In this document: positions 1 to 12,290 of the stretch, one piece after another
How the letters are laid out: every line of letters begins with the position of its first letter
How positions within the stretch are numbered: the first letter of the stretch is position 1
Source of the DNA: Lama glama
Taxonomy: Eukaryota
NCBI GenBank assembly: GCA_028534125.1
Contig: CM052817.1
Location: 22,260,001-22,324,000 of the forward strand
DNA: 64,000 nucleotides
Direction of reading: 5' to 3'
The notes under the pieces: model-generated
The model's database searches: none
The model's input: the letters and a program-made list of their open reading frames with translations, nothing else
What the model was told of the DNA's origin: nothing
Position numbers and translations under genes: made by a program

Positions 1-1644
1 TCATCTTCTGCTTTTATTTTGCCTCTCCATTTTTGTCTCCCTCTACCCATTCTCCCAAGTATCAATCACAAAACACAAAGAACCTGTCTGAGATAGAGGA
101 AAGTAACAAACAAAAACCTCATGCTGGAGAAAAGACACAATGCTCTTTATGGAAGGGACAGATTATCTGGTCCAACTCATGTGTTAGTAAATGTCCTGAC
201 ATACTGATTATATATATTAATGTCTATGTGCAGTGAAGTTTTGATGTTTGAGGAGACATTTTTATTCTTATTTTCTCAATTCTACCTGCATAAAGTTTAC
301 AAATTTGAAGACTCTACTTCTTAGTTTTCATTCATTTCAATATACAACTTCTGTATATTAATCATATATTTAAGTAATTTATATATAAAATAAAATCACT
401 TTTTAACATGTGTATTGTTACATTTAATTAATTGATAAATTTCAGATAAATTTCCTTAAAAATTTAACCCTATTTTCATATTTAATTTATCAAATTATTT
501 TGGCCTTTCAGTGTATAATTGCAATTTAATATAGCTAAGTTTTTTCAAACATTTTAAGCACCTAAGAAAGCAGAATTACTTATTTAAAAACTAGAATCTC
601 ACTAAGCATATAGAACAAATATGCTAACTCAGATATAAATTTAGTAGCTCAAGTGTTCAAACAACTTTAAAAAATGCACATCAGATCACACAATGGTTAA
701 AATTGTTTGTTAATTCTCCCGAATGTCACAAATTAAAAGCATTTTCTTTCTAACAATTCCATAGCTATAAATCTATTCACACACTGAAGGGGAGTTCCAG
801 AGCAGCCAAGATCACATGATCATAACTCAGATATAGAAAATGAGTATGAATGAAGATAATTGGTTAAATAATTACCACTGCACATAGCCTCTGGACGAAA
901 GTGACTCAAGAACAAAAGCAACATAAAGGCCTTGGATATAATCCAAGACTGTACCAGAGAATGGTAATGTGATTTTTAATGCTTTTTTTTTCTGCCATGT
1001 AAATTAGGTTTTCCATCAACCATGCCCTTCAACTGGAACTTAGTTAATCCTTTGTTCTCCATTTCTCCAAACTTCTCCCTTCCATTGAAATAATCCATGA
1101 CTAATATAAAATATATCACTAGAGGCTCCATGGGTCTTCAGATTTTAATCTCCTTTGGGGTAAACAGTGTAATTATAACAATGAACAGAGCAAAGTTTCA
1201 GTTTCCAACTTTCTTAACCAGTTGGTTGAGTTAATGAATATGATATTCCGTGTCTTCTAATGGACAGGCTGCAATTGTTATTTACTACTTCTGAGTTACA
1301 AATAAGATATGAAAACTTATGTTTCTAACTTTAATTGCTTTTGCAATAATTCTTCAAACAATCTCTTTAAGAATAAATATGAAGTTGCAGGAATTCTGAT
1401 GCCTTCAAGTTGGAGATTTGATGAAGAACTTTCTTGCTTATTTTTTATGGCTTTCATTATTAATTACATCATGAAAGTTTGTAATTTTCTGTTTATGTAT
1501 TTTTAAGGATCAAATTTGATACAATTCTACTCACTTTTATTGTTCCCACATTTTAGAAATCTAAATAGAATATTTAAATGTTAAACATGTAAATATCACA
1601 ATTCTCTCATACATAGCCCCAGTTATCCACAGAATTTAAAAGGG

Positions 1645-1881
1645 AAACTTAGGACATCGTGCTAAGTGAAATAACCTAGCCAGAGAAGGACAAATTCTAC
1701 TTGATTCCAGTTATATGAGGTATGTAAAATAGCCAAACTGATAGAAACAGGGAGTAGAATGGTGGTTGTCAGAGGTTGCAGGGTGAAAGAAATGGGGAAA
1801 TGTTGGTCAAAAGGTACACAGTTTCAGTTATGCAAGATGAAAACATTCTAGAGATCTGATCTACAGAACGCCTATAGTTAA
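1645..1881 (+). mobile_element. old LINE-1 3' UTR fragment (L1MA/MB-like), continued at ~4597-4700
   Basis: Typical L1 3' motifs gctaagtgaaataa...agaaggacaaat...agtagaatggtggttg...aggtacacagtttcagttatgcaagatga; the remainder (tgtattatgcatttaaaaatgtattgagagtagat...aagtgttctt) resumes after 4596. Confidence 0.75.
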
Positions 1882-2070
1882 TGTTAACTAAGAATTCCAA
1901 CAGAGACTTTGTTGAAATAAAAAGGCATTTATTTGGGATTTGTTAGGACTACAGATTGGGAGACATAGATTTAAGGAGTACTTGAGTTGTGTTCCCCTCA
2001 CTACAAAATGAGGGAAGTTTATAAAGGAAAAAAAAAGTTATGAAAGTTATTGTCAAGAATAAGGATTGGA

Positions 2071-3244
2071 CTATTGCTGGTTCCTTCTAGTGTATTGTTC
2101 ATTTCAGCTATCTTATTCTTCAACTCTGTTTGGGTGTTCTTTATATTTTCCAGCTCTTTGCTAAAAACTTCACTCTGTGCATCTGTACTCCTCTTGAGTT
2201 CTCTGAACATCTTAGGCCATCATTACTTTAAACTCTTTCTCAGGTAAATTGCCTATCTCTTCATCACTTATTTCTTCTTCTGGGATTTTATCTTGTGTTT
2301 TGGCCTGGGAGATATTGCTTTGCTGCCTCATATTGTCTATCTTTCTATGTATTCGTGGATTCCTTCCACAGGCTTTGGGATTATTGTTTTCTTATTTCTA
2401 GTATCTGTCCCTGGTGGATGAGGCTGGACTAGAGGCTTATGCAGGGTTCCCCACCGGAGGAGCCATTGCCTGCCCACTGCTGGGTGAAGCTTGGTCCTGA
2501 ACCTCTGGTGAGTAGGGCTGTGTCTAGAGGCCTTTATGGCTTAGGAAGTCTGATGATGGGTGTGGCTATGCTCCCACCCTGTATGTTGTTTGGCCTGAGG
2601 CTTCTCTATGGGCTTTTGGGTAGGGCTAGGTCTTGGTGCTAATGATCCAATCAAGATGTCAGCCTCCAGGAAAACTTCTGTAGATGAACACTCCTGAAAT
2701 GTCTGCCACCAGCTTTTATGTCCCCTGAGTGAGCCTCAGTTGTCCCCCACGCCCTCAGGAGATCCTCCAGGTCTGGCCCAGGTTCCTATGAAATCACTGC
2801 CTCTGCCCTTGGACCTGGTGCACATGAGTTTCCATGTATACTTCTCAAGCAAATGGAGTCTCTGTTTCCCCCCAAGCCCATGAGGCTCCCAGAGCCAAGC
2901 CTCTCTGGCCTTCAAAACCATATGTCCTGGGGGTTCCGTCTCTTATCAGTGCCGGGACCTGAGCTGGGGAGCTTCTCACTCCTGCGGGAGGACAGCAGCA
3001 ACTCAACAAATCTTCAGCTTGTGGGTCGTCCATCCGGGGGGTATAGGGCCCAATTATATCATGAGCACACCCCTCCTGCTGTCCTGCTGTGGTTCCCTCT
3101 TTATGTTTCCAGTTGCAGAAGACCTTTTTTGCTAGGTTCCAGTCTTTTTTCAATAGTTGTTTAGCATTCAGTTGTGGTTTCATTGTAGTCATGAGGGGAG
3201 GTGAGCTCGTGGTCCTACCACTCAGCCATCTTGACCGGAACTCC
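2071..3244 (-). mobile_element. LINE-1 5' UTR plus ORF1 N-terminal part (inverted segment)
   Basis: Minus strand begins GGAGTTCCGGTCAAGATGGC (L1 5' end with YY1-type CAAGATGGC), followed by a GC-richer 5' UTR. ORF 2019..2210 gives the ORF1p coiled coil ...KELENIKNTQTELKNKIAEMNNTLEG. Confidence 0.88.
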
Positions 3245-3938
3245 TAAATGAAGCAGAAGAACGGATCAGTGAGCTAGAAGACAGATTAGTGGAAATCATT
3301 ACTTCATAACAGAAAAAAGAAAAAATAATAAAAAGGAATGAGGATAGTTTAAGAGAACTCTAGGACAACATGAAGCACGCTAATATTTGCATCATAGGGG
3401 TCCCAGAAAGAGAAGACAGAGAGAAAGAACTTGAGAAAAATTTTGGAGAGATAATTACTGAAAATTTCCCCAACTTGGGAAAGGAAACAGTCACCCAAGT
3501 CATGGAAGGGCAGAGAGTACCACACAGAATCAACTCAAAGAGGAACACACCAAGGCACATAGTCATCAAATTGACAACAATCAAGGATAAGGAGAAAATA
3601 TTAAAATTAGCAAGAGAAAACCAACGAGTAACATACAAGGGAACTCTCATAAGCTTGCCAGCTGATTGTTCAGCAGAAACTCTACAGGCCAGAAGGGAGT
3701 GGCACGATATATTTAAAGTGATGCAAGGGGGAAACTTACAACCAAGAATACTCTATCCAGCAAGGCTCTCATTCAGACTTGATGGAGAAATCAAAAGCTT
3801 CACAGATAAACAAAAGCTAAAAGATTTCAGCACCACCAAACCAGTTTTACAACAAATGTTAAAGGACCTTCTCTAGTCATCAACCATAAGAAAAGAGAAC
3901 AAAAAGAAGAAAGAGAAATAAAAAATAAAAGAGAGACC
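3245..3938 (+). mobile_element. LINE-1 ORF1 C-terminal part (coiled-coil end, RRM, CTD) and start of inter-ORF spacer; disrupted
   Basis: Reads NEAEERISELEDRLVEI..., then ORF 3370..3876 with ORF1p motifs NICIIGVPE, ENFPNL, RNTPRHIVIK, ARREW, YPARLSF. In-frame stops at 3307-3309 and 3361-3363. Confidence 0.93.
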
Positions 3939-3939
3939 T

Positions 3940-4222
3940 TCAATAGATTGCTTTGGTTGTTTGGGGTCTTTTGTGATTTCTTACAAATTTTGGAATTGTT
4001 TATTCTAGTTCCATGAGGAATGTAGTGAGTATTTTGACAGAGGTTGCATTGGATCCGTGGATTGCTTTGGGTAGTGTGGCCATTTTGATAGTGTTGATTC
4101 TTCCAATCCAAGAGCACAAGAAATCTTTCCATTTCTTTGTGTCATTCTGGTTCTCAGAGTATAGGTAACCTCCTTGGTTGGGTTTATTTCTAGGTATTTT
4201 GCTGTTTTTGATGTAATGGAAA
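3940..4222 (-). mobile_element. LINE-1 ORF2 fragment
   Basis: Minus-strand translation [25 protein letters not shown] resembles the ORF2p segment [25 protein letters not shown]. Confidence 0.88.
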
Positions 4223-5264
4223 TATGTTATAAAATTATAACCAGTTATAAACTTCTGGTTTTTTAAGTGGAAAAAAAAGTGAGTGAAGGGCTGCAAAATA
4301 TCCTTTTTTATGGGTGAGTTGTATTCCATTATATATATAATATATATTGGAATTCAAAGTGATTACCTAGTTGTGAAGAGGGGAGAACTTTGAAGTAGCT
4401 ACAAGGTTGTAACTAGCAGCTGCCAGCAAGTACTGTTTTAAAAATGGCTATGTTCTCCTAAAGATTGATACAGGCCAGAGAAAATGTAAGTTCTCAGTTG
4501 TATAAGGATGTATCTGAGACCAGATCCTCAATGACTACCTGACTGTATTTTTGTATGCCTGAACTATGATTGCTCCATTATAATTTCTATTTGTCATCTG
4601 TATTATGCATTTAAAAATGTATTGAGAGTAGATTTCATATCAAGTGTTCTTATCATTGAAAAATACAATTGTATTCAAGCAAACAAAACAAAAATATTTT
4701 AAGAACAATGTAAATTAATATGAAAATAAAATTATTTTTACTTATATCTATTTTCTTCTAAAATGCTAAAATTATTCAAGTTAAAATATACATGTAATAA
4801 ACATTAAAATTAAGTGAGATAAAGCTGGAATTTTACTTTAATTTGTAAAATTATATCTCAATATGTATTATAAGGATAAGACCATTCACAATTCTAATGG
4901 TCAATGTGCCAATGTAAAAAAAAGTTATTATTTATGCACACAAACCCTATAGATAAATATAGTCATTTATCATTAAATCAAATCATTTATTATTAAAAAT
5001 GTTTAATAGTAACCAGGTGCAACTATTCCAAAAGCTACACTAAATCATGGGTACTTAAAAATTAGAAGATGAACAAAAGCAATCAAATGGATTCTTGGTG
5101 GTACTGAAAAATTATATTTCACCATGCTGCATTCAGCCTATCAAAGATGAGGGCCTGAAAATGCATTAAATTTGTGGTTCTCCTCCTTCCTTCCTTCCTT
5201 CTTTCCTTCCTCCCTTTCTATTTTGTCTATTTCTTTTTTTAGATTTTTTTTCTTTTTCCCTCCC

Positions 5265-5503
5265 TTGGGATATAATTGACATGTAACATTGTGTTAATTT
5301 AAACTGAACAACTTGTTGATTTGGTACCATATATATATTGCAATATGATTACCATCACAGAATTAGCAAACACCTGCATTAGGTCACATAATTATCATTT
5401 CTCTTTTTGTTGTGAGAACATTTAAGATCTAGTCACTTAACAACTTTCAAGTATATCAGACAGTTTTATTGACTATAATCACAAAGCTGTGCATTAGATC
5501 TCA
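5265..5503 (-). mobile_element. old LINE-1 3' end (L1MA-like), preceded by a (TTCC)n/T-rich tail
   Basis: gatataattgacatgtaacattgtg...gtgagaacatttaagatctag...aactttcaagtata...ctgtgcattagatctc; similar to the L1 end at ~44870-45090. Confidence 0.75.
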
Positions 5504-6109
5504 AATTTGTGTTTTTCTTTTCAAGGAGAACTCTCTGAAAAGCACTGTCCTTTTCTGATGTCAGTAGGAGTGCAATCCACAACCTTCATAACCTTCAGAT
5601 GCATTGTCCCTGTTTTGAGAACACAGGACAAAAGTTGTGAGAAAGGGCTTCCCTGGGGCATAAAGCATTTCAGTCGCTGGAGAGGTCCTTTGTCAGCACT
5701 GAGTATCGAATCCTGAAATATGCTGATGTACTTGGAAATAATTTGAGGGTTGTAATTTGTGGAAACTTCTAAAGAACAAGCCCAGAGAGGGACTCATTTA
5801 TATCAAGAGTTAGAGCAGTGAGAAGGAAGAAGTTTCAGTTACTGAAAAATATTTTCTCATTTGTTTATTGTTTTTCCCTTTGAAATTCTTTTAGTAAGAG
5901 AAAAATATTCTATCACACACTTGGAGCTGAAGTAAGAAATAGAAGTTGCTCTATTTATAAAATACTTGGAAACGTTAATTTTTTTAGTGTTAATGAGCTT
6001 TAATACCATATGAAAATCTATACACAAAAAATGTGAATAAAATATTATGTCCCAATGATGTCTGAACATCTTAGACCTAGAAAAATTATCATCTCTACCC
6101 TATGAAGAA

Positions 6110-6345
6110 CTGGCTTGTGATATTGGGTAAATAATTTAAAGAGTGCTTCAGTTTCTTCATCTTTATAAGAACAGTAATAGTATATTTATTTTCATTCCCA
6201 TAGATGTAAAGCCACAAAAGTTCTGAGACAAAGCCACAAAAGGTACATATTACTCAGAAAATAGAAAATGATGATGATGATTATGATGAATTAGTGCCGG
6301 CTATACTGTCAGCAAAGTAGTGCTCAAGAACTATTCATTGAATAG
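6110..6345 (+). mobile_element. degenerate MIR SINE
   Basis: tgtgatattgggtaa...cttcagtttcttcatct core and agtagtgctcaagaactatt 3' end. Confidence 0.5.
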
Positions 6346-6384
6346 TTGAAAATCTATTATTCCTAGGTGCATGCAATCTAAACC

Positions 6385-6880
6385 GAGAAATGTCTTTCTT
6401 AAAGATCTGAGAACCATCTCTCTGGAAGGTAATCATAAGGAAGGCAGTACCCCTGCCCCTAGTTTCTGTAGGACGGTAGGACCTAACTTCAGGGGTGTGC
6501 CTCACTCTAACTTGTAAAACTACCTTTTGTCATGAAGAAATGAGAATTTTATTTTTCCTTTGGATAAAGCTAGTTAATTAACATGGATGATCACCCAAAT
6601 TATCAAGTGAATTTATAATAAATTCTGTGACAAATGGTGCTGTCAAGTCCTCTTGAGGACTAGTTAAGGTTTATCTTAAGAATGTGTATGTGATGGGCTG
6701 TACCTGGTTAGCTATATAAAAAGGTGAGAAATCTTTCCACCTGTTTTAGCAGAATGACTGTGATAGAATCACATTCTGGTTTAATGCTTACCCAATAATA
6801 CATATTTTAAAAAATCTCTCTTACTTTGTGGAAAATTTTCCAGACTTGGGAGGAAATTTTGCTTTGAATTTATTTCTCCA
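6385..6880 (+). mobile_element. MER34-like ERV1 solo LTR, 5'-truncated
   Basis: Colinear similarity to 13450-13910 (aatgtctttct, gaaccatctct, ggtaggacctaa, tgtcaagtcc...gaggactagtta, gctatataaaaa TATA). Confidence 0.75.
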
Positions 6881-9160
6881 GGAGTTCTGGCAATCGGGAT
6901 GGAGTATTGTTTAAGCCACCCAGTCTATGGTATTTTGTTATGGCAGCCCTACGTTTGGGATGAGGGGCAGCCCTCATCCCAAACAAATGAATTACTGGTA
7001 TTTAGAAAACCACTCAAAAAAAAGTAAAAATAATTTGGATAGCTAGAAGAAAATATTGAGGGAAATGGAATAGGAAGTGTAAGAATTAAAGATGTCTGCC
7101 TTTTCACAGAAGCCCCCTCCTCCTTCCTCTGCTGCATCAGCTCCCTTTTCTTCCTCTATGTCTTTAGCCCTCATGGGCTCAAAGTGACTCTGGAGGAGGA
7201 GAAAGTGAAAACCTTTTAGATGGATGGTTCCCTTCATTAGTGCATTTCTTGGAAAGAGTGATGGGGGAACAGATTTATTAGCTGATAATCTGCTCCGTTT
7301 GAGGACACAGGTGTGAATACCCACTGGTTTAGCCCAGATTCCACCTCTTTGTCGTCCCTACATCTTGTAGCTCGAAGGGCAGATGTAATCAGGGAACAAT
7401 CGAGAACTTGGATAAAAGACTTTGCTATGAGGCAATAAATGAAGAGTAGCTGCACTAGCCACTTGAAAAAAAGGCAAACAAACAAGGTTTTAATCAGATG
7501 AATGTCAACAGAAGAATGGAAACCAAAGTACCATAGAATTTACATTTTTCTGGTCTCAAAAAGCCCTCTCTATTTGGATCATCAGGAAAGTCAGTGCCAA
7601 GGAGAAGCTTTCCCAAGGCCTCTGGAGTCATTCCCACGCCTTTCTCATCAGCTGGTACTACTCATTTAAAGGCTTCCTCCCCGTGCCCTACAGGTTTGCA
7701 GGGCTCCCAAGCCTGTTTTCAGTTGACATCTCTTCCTCTAGCATATGAATCTAAATTCTTGTCTCCTTTAGCTTATGAAGGAGTCCAGTATTTATGATAC
7801 AGGATTACTCAAAGGTTTGAGGACTCTCTTATTTTCTCTAGTCAGTTGCAAACAAACAAACAAATAGAAACCTGGAGAAATGTCTTCCCCAGAGGGATGT
7901 ATCATTATTCAAACTTAGACCTCTTTCCGATAGCCTCAGAAATTTGAAAAAAATGCAAAATTGACACTGTAGCTTTGTGACATTTCTTTGCTTCACAGTC
8001 GCATAAAACTTCATTAGGCAAATTGCAATATTGCTTAACTGAGGGCAACAATTGTCACCTACAGGCCACAAAATTTTGCAATCTAGAAGTCAGCTCACTT
8101 TGCAGATACAAATCGACTTCTAACAATGAAAAGACAGACAATTTTGGGACAATATTACACAGTGGATTCTAGTTTTTTGCAGAATAGGAAAAACTGCTGA
8201 TTTACCTGATTATTCTCCAGAACTTCTTCTTTGGTCCTTAGAATTTGACAAGGCTTTTGAAACCTAAAATTGACTATTACCTTTCTTCTAGCTTTGGGGA
8301 TTCCAAATTTGAGGAATTTTAACATTTAGATCTTCCAAATTTTGACCTGATTTATCCGATGCTCTGATTCATTTTGTGTATTTAACAATGTCTACTTAAA
8401 AGTCTTGGACTCAGGATAACAGTGGCTGACTTAAATCTTCCTATGCTGTGGTAACTTACAAAGTTTTGGAAGCTGAAGTGTTATCTGGAATTAAGTCTGC
8501 ACAGCAGACAGTAGCAGTTAGCAGAGCTACAATTCTTGGTTCTGGATTTTAAAATGAATATATTCATGTATATATTTTTATATATATTCATTTTTCATGA
8601 ATAGTTATGAATTTTCATGAGTTTGTTATATATATATAATTATATAAATGCATGTAACTAATAACTGTATGTTTGGTATCTGTTATGCTATAAAGAAAAA
8701 TTTTTAAAAAGATTTTTACTTCAATGGGAACTAAAAAAAAAATCTCAGAAAATTAATTTGTCAGGGTTTTACAACTGCATGCTAAAATATCAGTAATTCA
8801 TTTTGCATCAAGAGTTGTAAAAAGCTGTTGCTAAAACACGGCAGTCTCCAAATTTAGAAATTTTAATACAATAAGAAAAGTTTTTTTCATTTTTAAAAAT
8901 GTGCTTCACAGAAGAAGATAGTCAAATGGATTATGAAAGGGGCTAAAAGAAATTTGACTGGGCCATGGGCATTACCTAACAAAACAATTCCTCTAACACA
9001 GCTTGGTTAGTGTTGTGTCAGCCGCAAAATCACCTGAATAAAAGATGGATTTTTAAGTCACTACAATTCTTACTCTGCTTACTAGAAAAATGAAAATTAT
9101 TCAAAACATATTAAAGAGATGTACTGTTTTTCAGCAGAATTTTTTATAGGCTACTCCCAT

Positions 9161-9684
9161 TGTTACTGAGTCCAAACTTGTTCTGCTCGCTGCAGGACAG
9201 GCCAGTAAATCGGGAGATGAGGTATGGAGGCAAGGAACAGTGACTTTATTTAGAAAGCCAGCAGACTGAGAAGATAGCGGGCTAATGTCCTGGAGAACTG
9301 AACCATCTCCCCCAAATCAGAATTCAAGCTCTTTTTATACTAAAAAGGAGAAGGGTTGTGGTTGGTTGATGCAAACTTCTTCGTGTCAGAATCCTTTGTT
9401 CTTGCAGCTGTTCACATAGGCCAGGTCATGATGTTCCCATAAACCTCCAACAAGACAAATGTTATTCTCTGTTCTGCACTTTTTATCTCTATATGAATGG
9501 AAAAGTGTTATACCCTTAATAGTCAGAGTCTTGAGAATGGGCTGTCCTGTGTATTCCAGGCTATAGGCAACATTCTTTTACAAAAGGTGCAGAACCAGGA
9601 TGACTAAGCACAGGCAACAGAGCGCAGGGTTAGAGCTAAAGGAACAGATCTAATACAGAGTCAGATTTGTTTTTCTCTATTACA
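9161..9684 (-). mobile_element. solo LTR, ERV1-like family A
   Basis: TG...CA termini, CCAT target-site duplication (9157-9160, 9685-9688), antisense polyA and TATA-like motifs; homologous to 53051-53601 and, at its termini, to 62884-63334. Confidence 0.88.
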
Positions 9685-9688
9685 CCAT

Positions 9689-10180
9689 TGTTGACTGAAA
9701 TAAACACGCAGCCTCAAAGTTAAAAGTTGTTTTATTTGGCGGGAAGACTTGAGCCGGGATGACAGCCTCCCAGATTGCCCTGAGGGACTGCTCCGAAGAG
9801 GTCAGGGAGGAGCTAGGATATACAGGAGCTTTACAACAAAGACCAGGTAGTTGGAACAATAAAAGATTCCTTGTTATCTAAAGAAAACCAGGCATTTCAA
9901 ATTAAAGAATTTAGTACTTTTCTATGTATGGGAGGGAGCAAACCTTTGGGCTCCTTGAATTCATTCCTTTGACAAGCACCTAGCTATCTAGGGCCAGTAT
10001 CCTGTCCTTTCTTATTCTGAGTTCGCTCAGAGTGCACCATTGTGAGTGGCTGCAGGGGCTGGGCTGCAGGCCTGTCCCCACTGGGGGGTGGCGGCAGCCG
10101 CTGATGACTTGGTTTCGGCATTCTTTGTTTACTGATATGTTTGCAGTATTTCCACTCACATTGCAGTATTTTTGTTCACA
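9689..10180 (-). mobile_element. solo LTR, ERV1-like family B
   Basis: TG...CA termini flanked by CCAT (9685-9688, 10181-10184); TTTATT near 9731; residual CpGs. Confidence 0.82.
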
Positions 10181-10414
10181 CCATGATACAAACAGGAAGT
10201 TCTGTCAGACTAACTTTAGCAGGAGCCGGTGGCAGTTAGATTCCACAGAGCTAATGCATGTAAACGGTAAGAGAGTTTGTTTACTTATGGTGTCTGAATG
10301 GTATAAATCCTTTCCTTCTTCAAAAAACAGAACAGAATAACACAAACAAAAAAACTAACATTTAGGCAATAGCAAATATTCTCTTAATAAATACAGTTTT
10401 CACTTTTGGAATAC

Positions 10415-10591
10415 TGTCATCAAACCCAAGTTCATGTGCCTGAAGCACAGTGAGGCCAAACAAACCGAAACATTGGAGCTTGGAGCAGAGAAAGGGCCAT
10501 GCAAGGAGAACAGATTTAAAAGACCTGAACTCCCTAGTGGGTTTCAGGGAAGAAGTTTATCCAGGCAAAATTTGGGCGGAAGGCTGCAGGC
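10415..10591 (-). mobile_element. truncated LTR 3' end (R/U5)
   Basis: Begins TG; its first ~85 bp are the reverse complement of the 3' end of the LTR at 10592-10989 (gcacagtgaggccaaac...ggagcagagaaagg). Confidence 0.65.
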
Positions 10592-10989
10592 TGCAGGGAG
10601 GAAACGGCAAGAAACAATAGCACAGCCTCCGGGCAGGGTCTTGGTTCCTTCTCAAGAAATATACATAACAATATCTTTGAGTTTTTCTGCAGGAGCAAAG
10701 GCCCCCACCCAGGTGGAGGATGACAGCTTCAGGCTGAGCACAAGATTCCTGGAACACTGCCCTGTTACCTTACCACCAACTAATGAGAAGAAAGTCACAC
10801 ACCCTGCTGCCCTCACCCCAAATTTTACCTGTAAAAACTTTTCCCCCCAAACCTTCAAGGAGTTCACGTTTTTCAAGCATGAGCAGCCCATCCTCCTTGG
10901 CCCTGAGATAAACCTTTCTCTGCTCCAAACTCTGGTATTTTGGTTTGGCCTCACTGTGCATCACGCACACAAACTTCTGTTCAGTAACA
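10592..10989 (+). mobile_element. solo LTR (ERV1-like)
   Basis: Ends cagtaACA, has a GATAAA polyA-like signal at ~10907, and a typical U3 layout. Confidence 0.7.
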
Positions 10990-11877
10990 CAAGGTCCTGC
11001 TCAGTTTCAATATCTGAGCATTCGAATCCTGTAAGTCATTTTATCTCTACAGTTGTCCAAGAATTATGCAAATGTTTTCAGATTCCCATAAGTTGTCATA
11101 CACCCTTCCTCAGTCCACTAGACAAGTAAAATGATTGAATCAAACAAAAATTTCATTGGCTAAGATTCAGTTATTTAACTGATTGAAATGGCTCAGAGTT
11201 TTACCCCTAGCCTTGCTAACAGGACCTCTGCACACAAACACATAATCTTATCCTTTGAAGGTATGTTTGGCAGGCCCCATGAATTGAAGCCAGAGATCAT
11301 GCCCTCTGTTGGATTTCAGTGAATCCTCTCATAATCACAATCATAGTCAATACTTTAAAGGGCCTCTTTCTTCCCTAGAAATGCTGAGACTTAAAGTCAT
11401 AAGGATCCGGAAGGACCTGCCCCTACGGGCCAGGATATTTCATCTACACACAGATGTTCTGTAGGAAAGACAGACTGTCACCCTGTTGGGAAGAACCCTT
11501 TCAAGTGTTGCTGATCATCCATTCAACGATCAGAGTTAACAGAAACTCAGGTGGATGTGTGCTTTCCATGTGAAGCCAGCACCACAGGACTGGACTGTGG
11601 TTCCCACAAAGGATTTGAAACTTTAAGTTTTCAACAGTCACTGATACTGGTACTGAACTCAAATGAAAACAAATGTTATAGAAAACATACTACTTTTCTC
11701 TTAAACTGTCTTGTTGTCATAGTCACAGTTATTGTTAGTCAGAGATTATCTTGATTACTTTAAGAATCACATTTTATTAGTAATCAAAAATTGTTACTGT
11801 TTTTTTTCTTTCTGTCCTCCCAGTAATGGCTCCCATAATCTCATTTCCTGTCAGCTCTATACTGCCCTACCAGAATA

Positions 11878-12290
11878 AGCAGGGTCTGGACAGGCCAGTC
11901 AAGAAACAAGCACTACTCGGAGGGTTGGAGTACTCAGATGTATTACGCCGGCGGGCTCAGAGGGGCTTCTGCTCCGAAGCTCTGAGCACCTCCAAGACAT
12001 GCGCATGAGGTTTTATAGGGTAAAGTACAAGCTTGGGGTATTCAGCCAGTAGGCATGGAACAGCTTTAGCAGCATCATTATCACAAAAATGGAGGCGGGG
12101 AAGCAGCAAACCAACATTCCAAAGCCAGATATGTATCTTTGAAAATCCAGCTGGCTAGCAAAAAGACATAAACAGCAAACCAACACTAATTAACTTAGCT
12201 TTACAAGTTAGTCCAGCAGAACTCAGATCAGTATTCCAATACTTAGACTTGTGAGTTATCTTGTTAGACCGGCCCGGCTTTTCCTTCACA
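11878..12290 (-). mobile_element. relatively young solo LTR
   Basis: Ends CACA; AATA flanks both sides (11874-11877, 12291-12294); antisense TATA (ttttatag) near 12011; many CpGs retained. Confidence 0.7.

Larger units (their letters stand above)
1882..4596 (-). mobile_element. solo LTR (ERV-like) split by an L1 insertion; pieces ~1882-2070 and ~4346-4596
   Basis: Starts TG (1882), ends CA (4596), has TTTATT (antisense polyA signal) near 1927, and interrupts the L1 3' UTR. ATTGGA occurs on both sides of the internal insertion (2065-2070, 4346-4351). Confidence 0.55.

Noticed and set aside
3370..3876. 168-aa ORF as a functional or domesticated gene
   Set aside because: It is the L1 ORF1 C-terminal remnant with upstream in-frame stops and an inverted N-terminus.
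7043..7324. Acidic/Gly-rich ORF (EEEKGADAAEEGGGG)
   Set aside because: It arises from a pyrimidine-rich tract, with no recognisable homology or exon structure.
10434..11129. Longest ORF (231 aa)
   Set aside because: It runs across two LTR fragments and flank, with no recognisable domain; a chance ORF.
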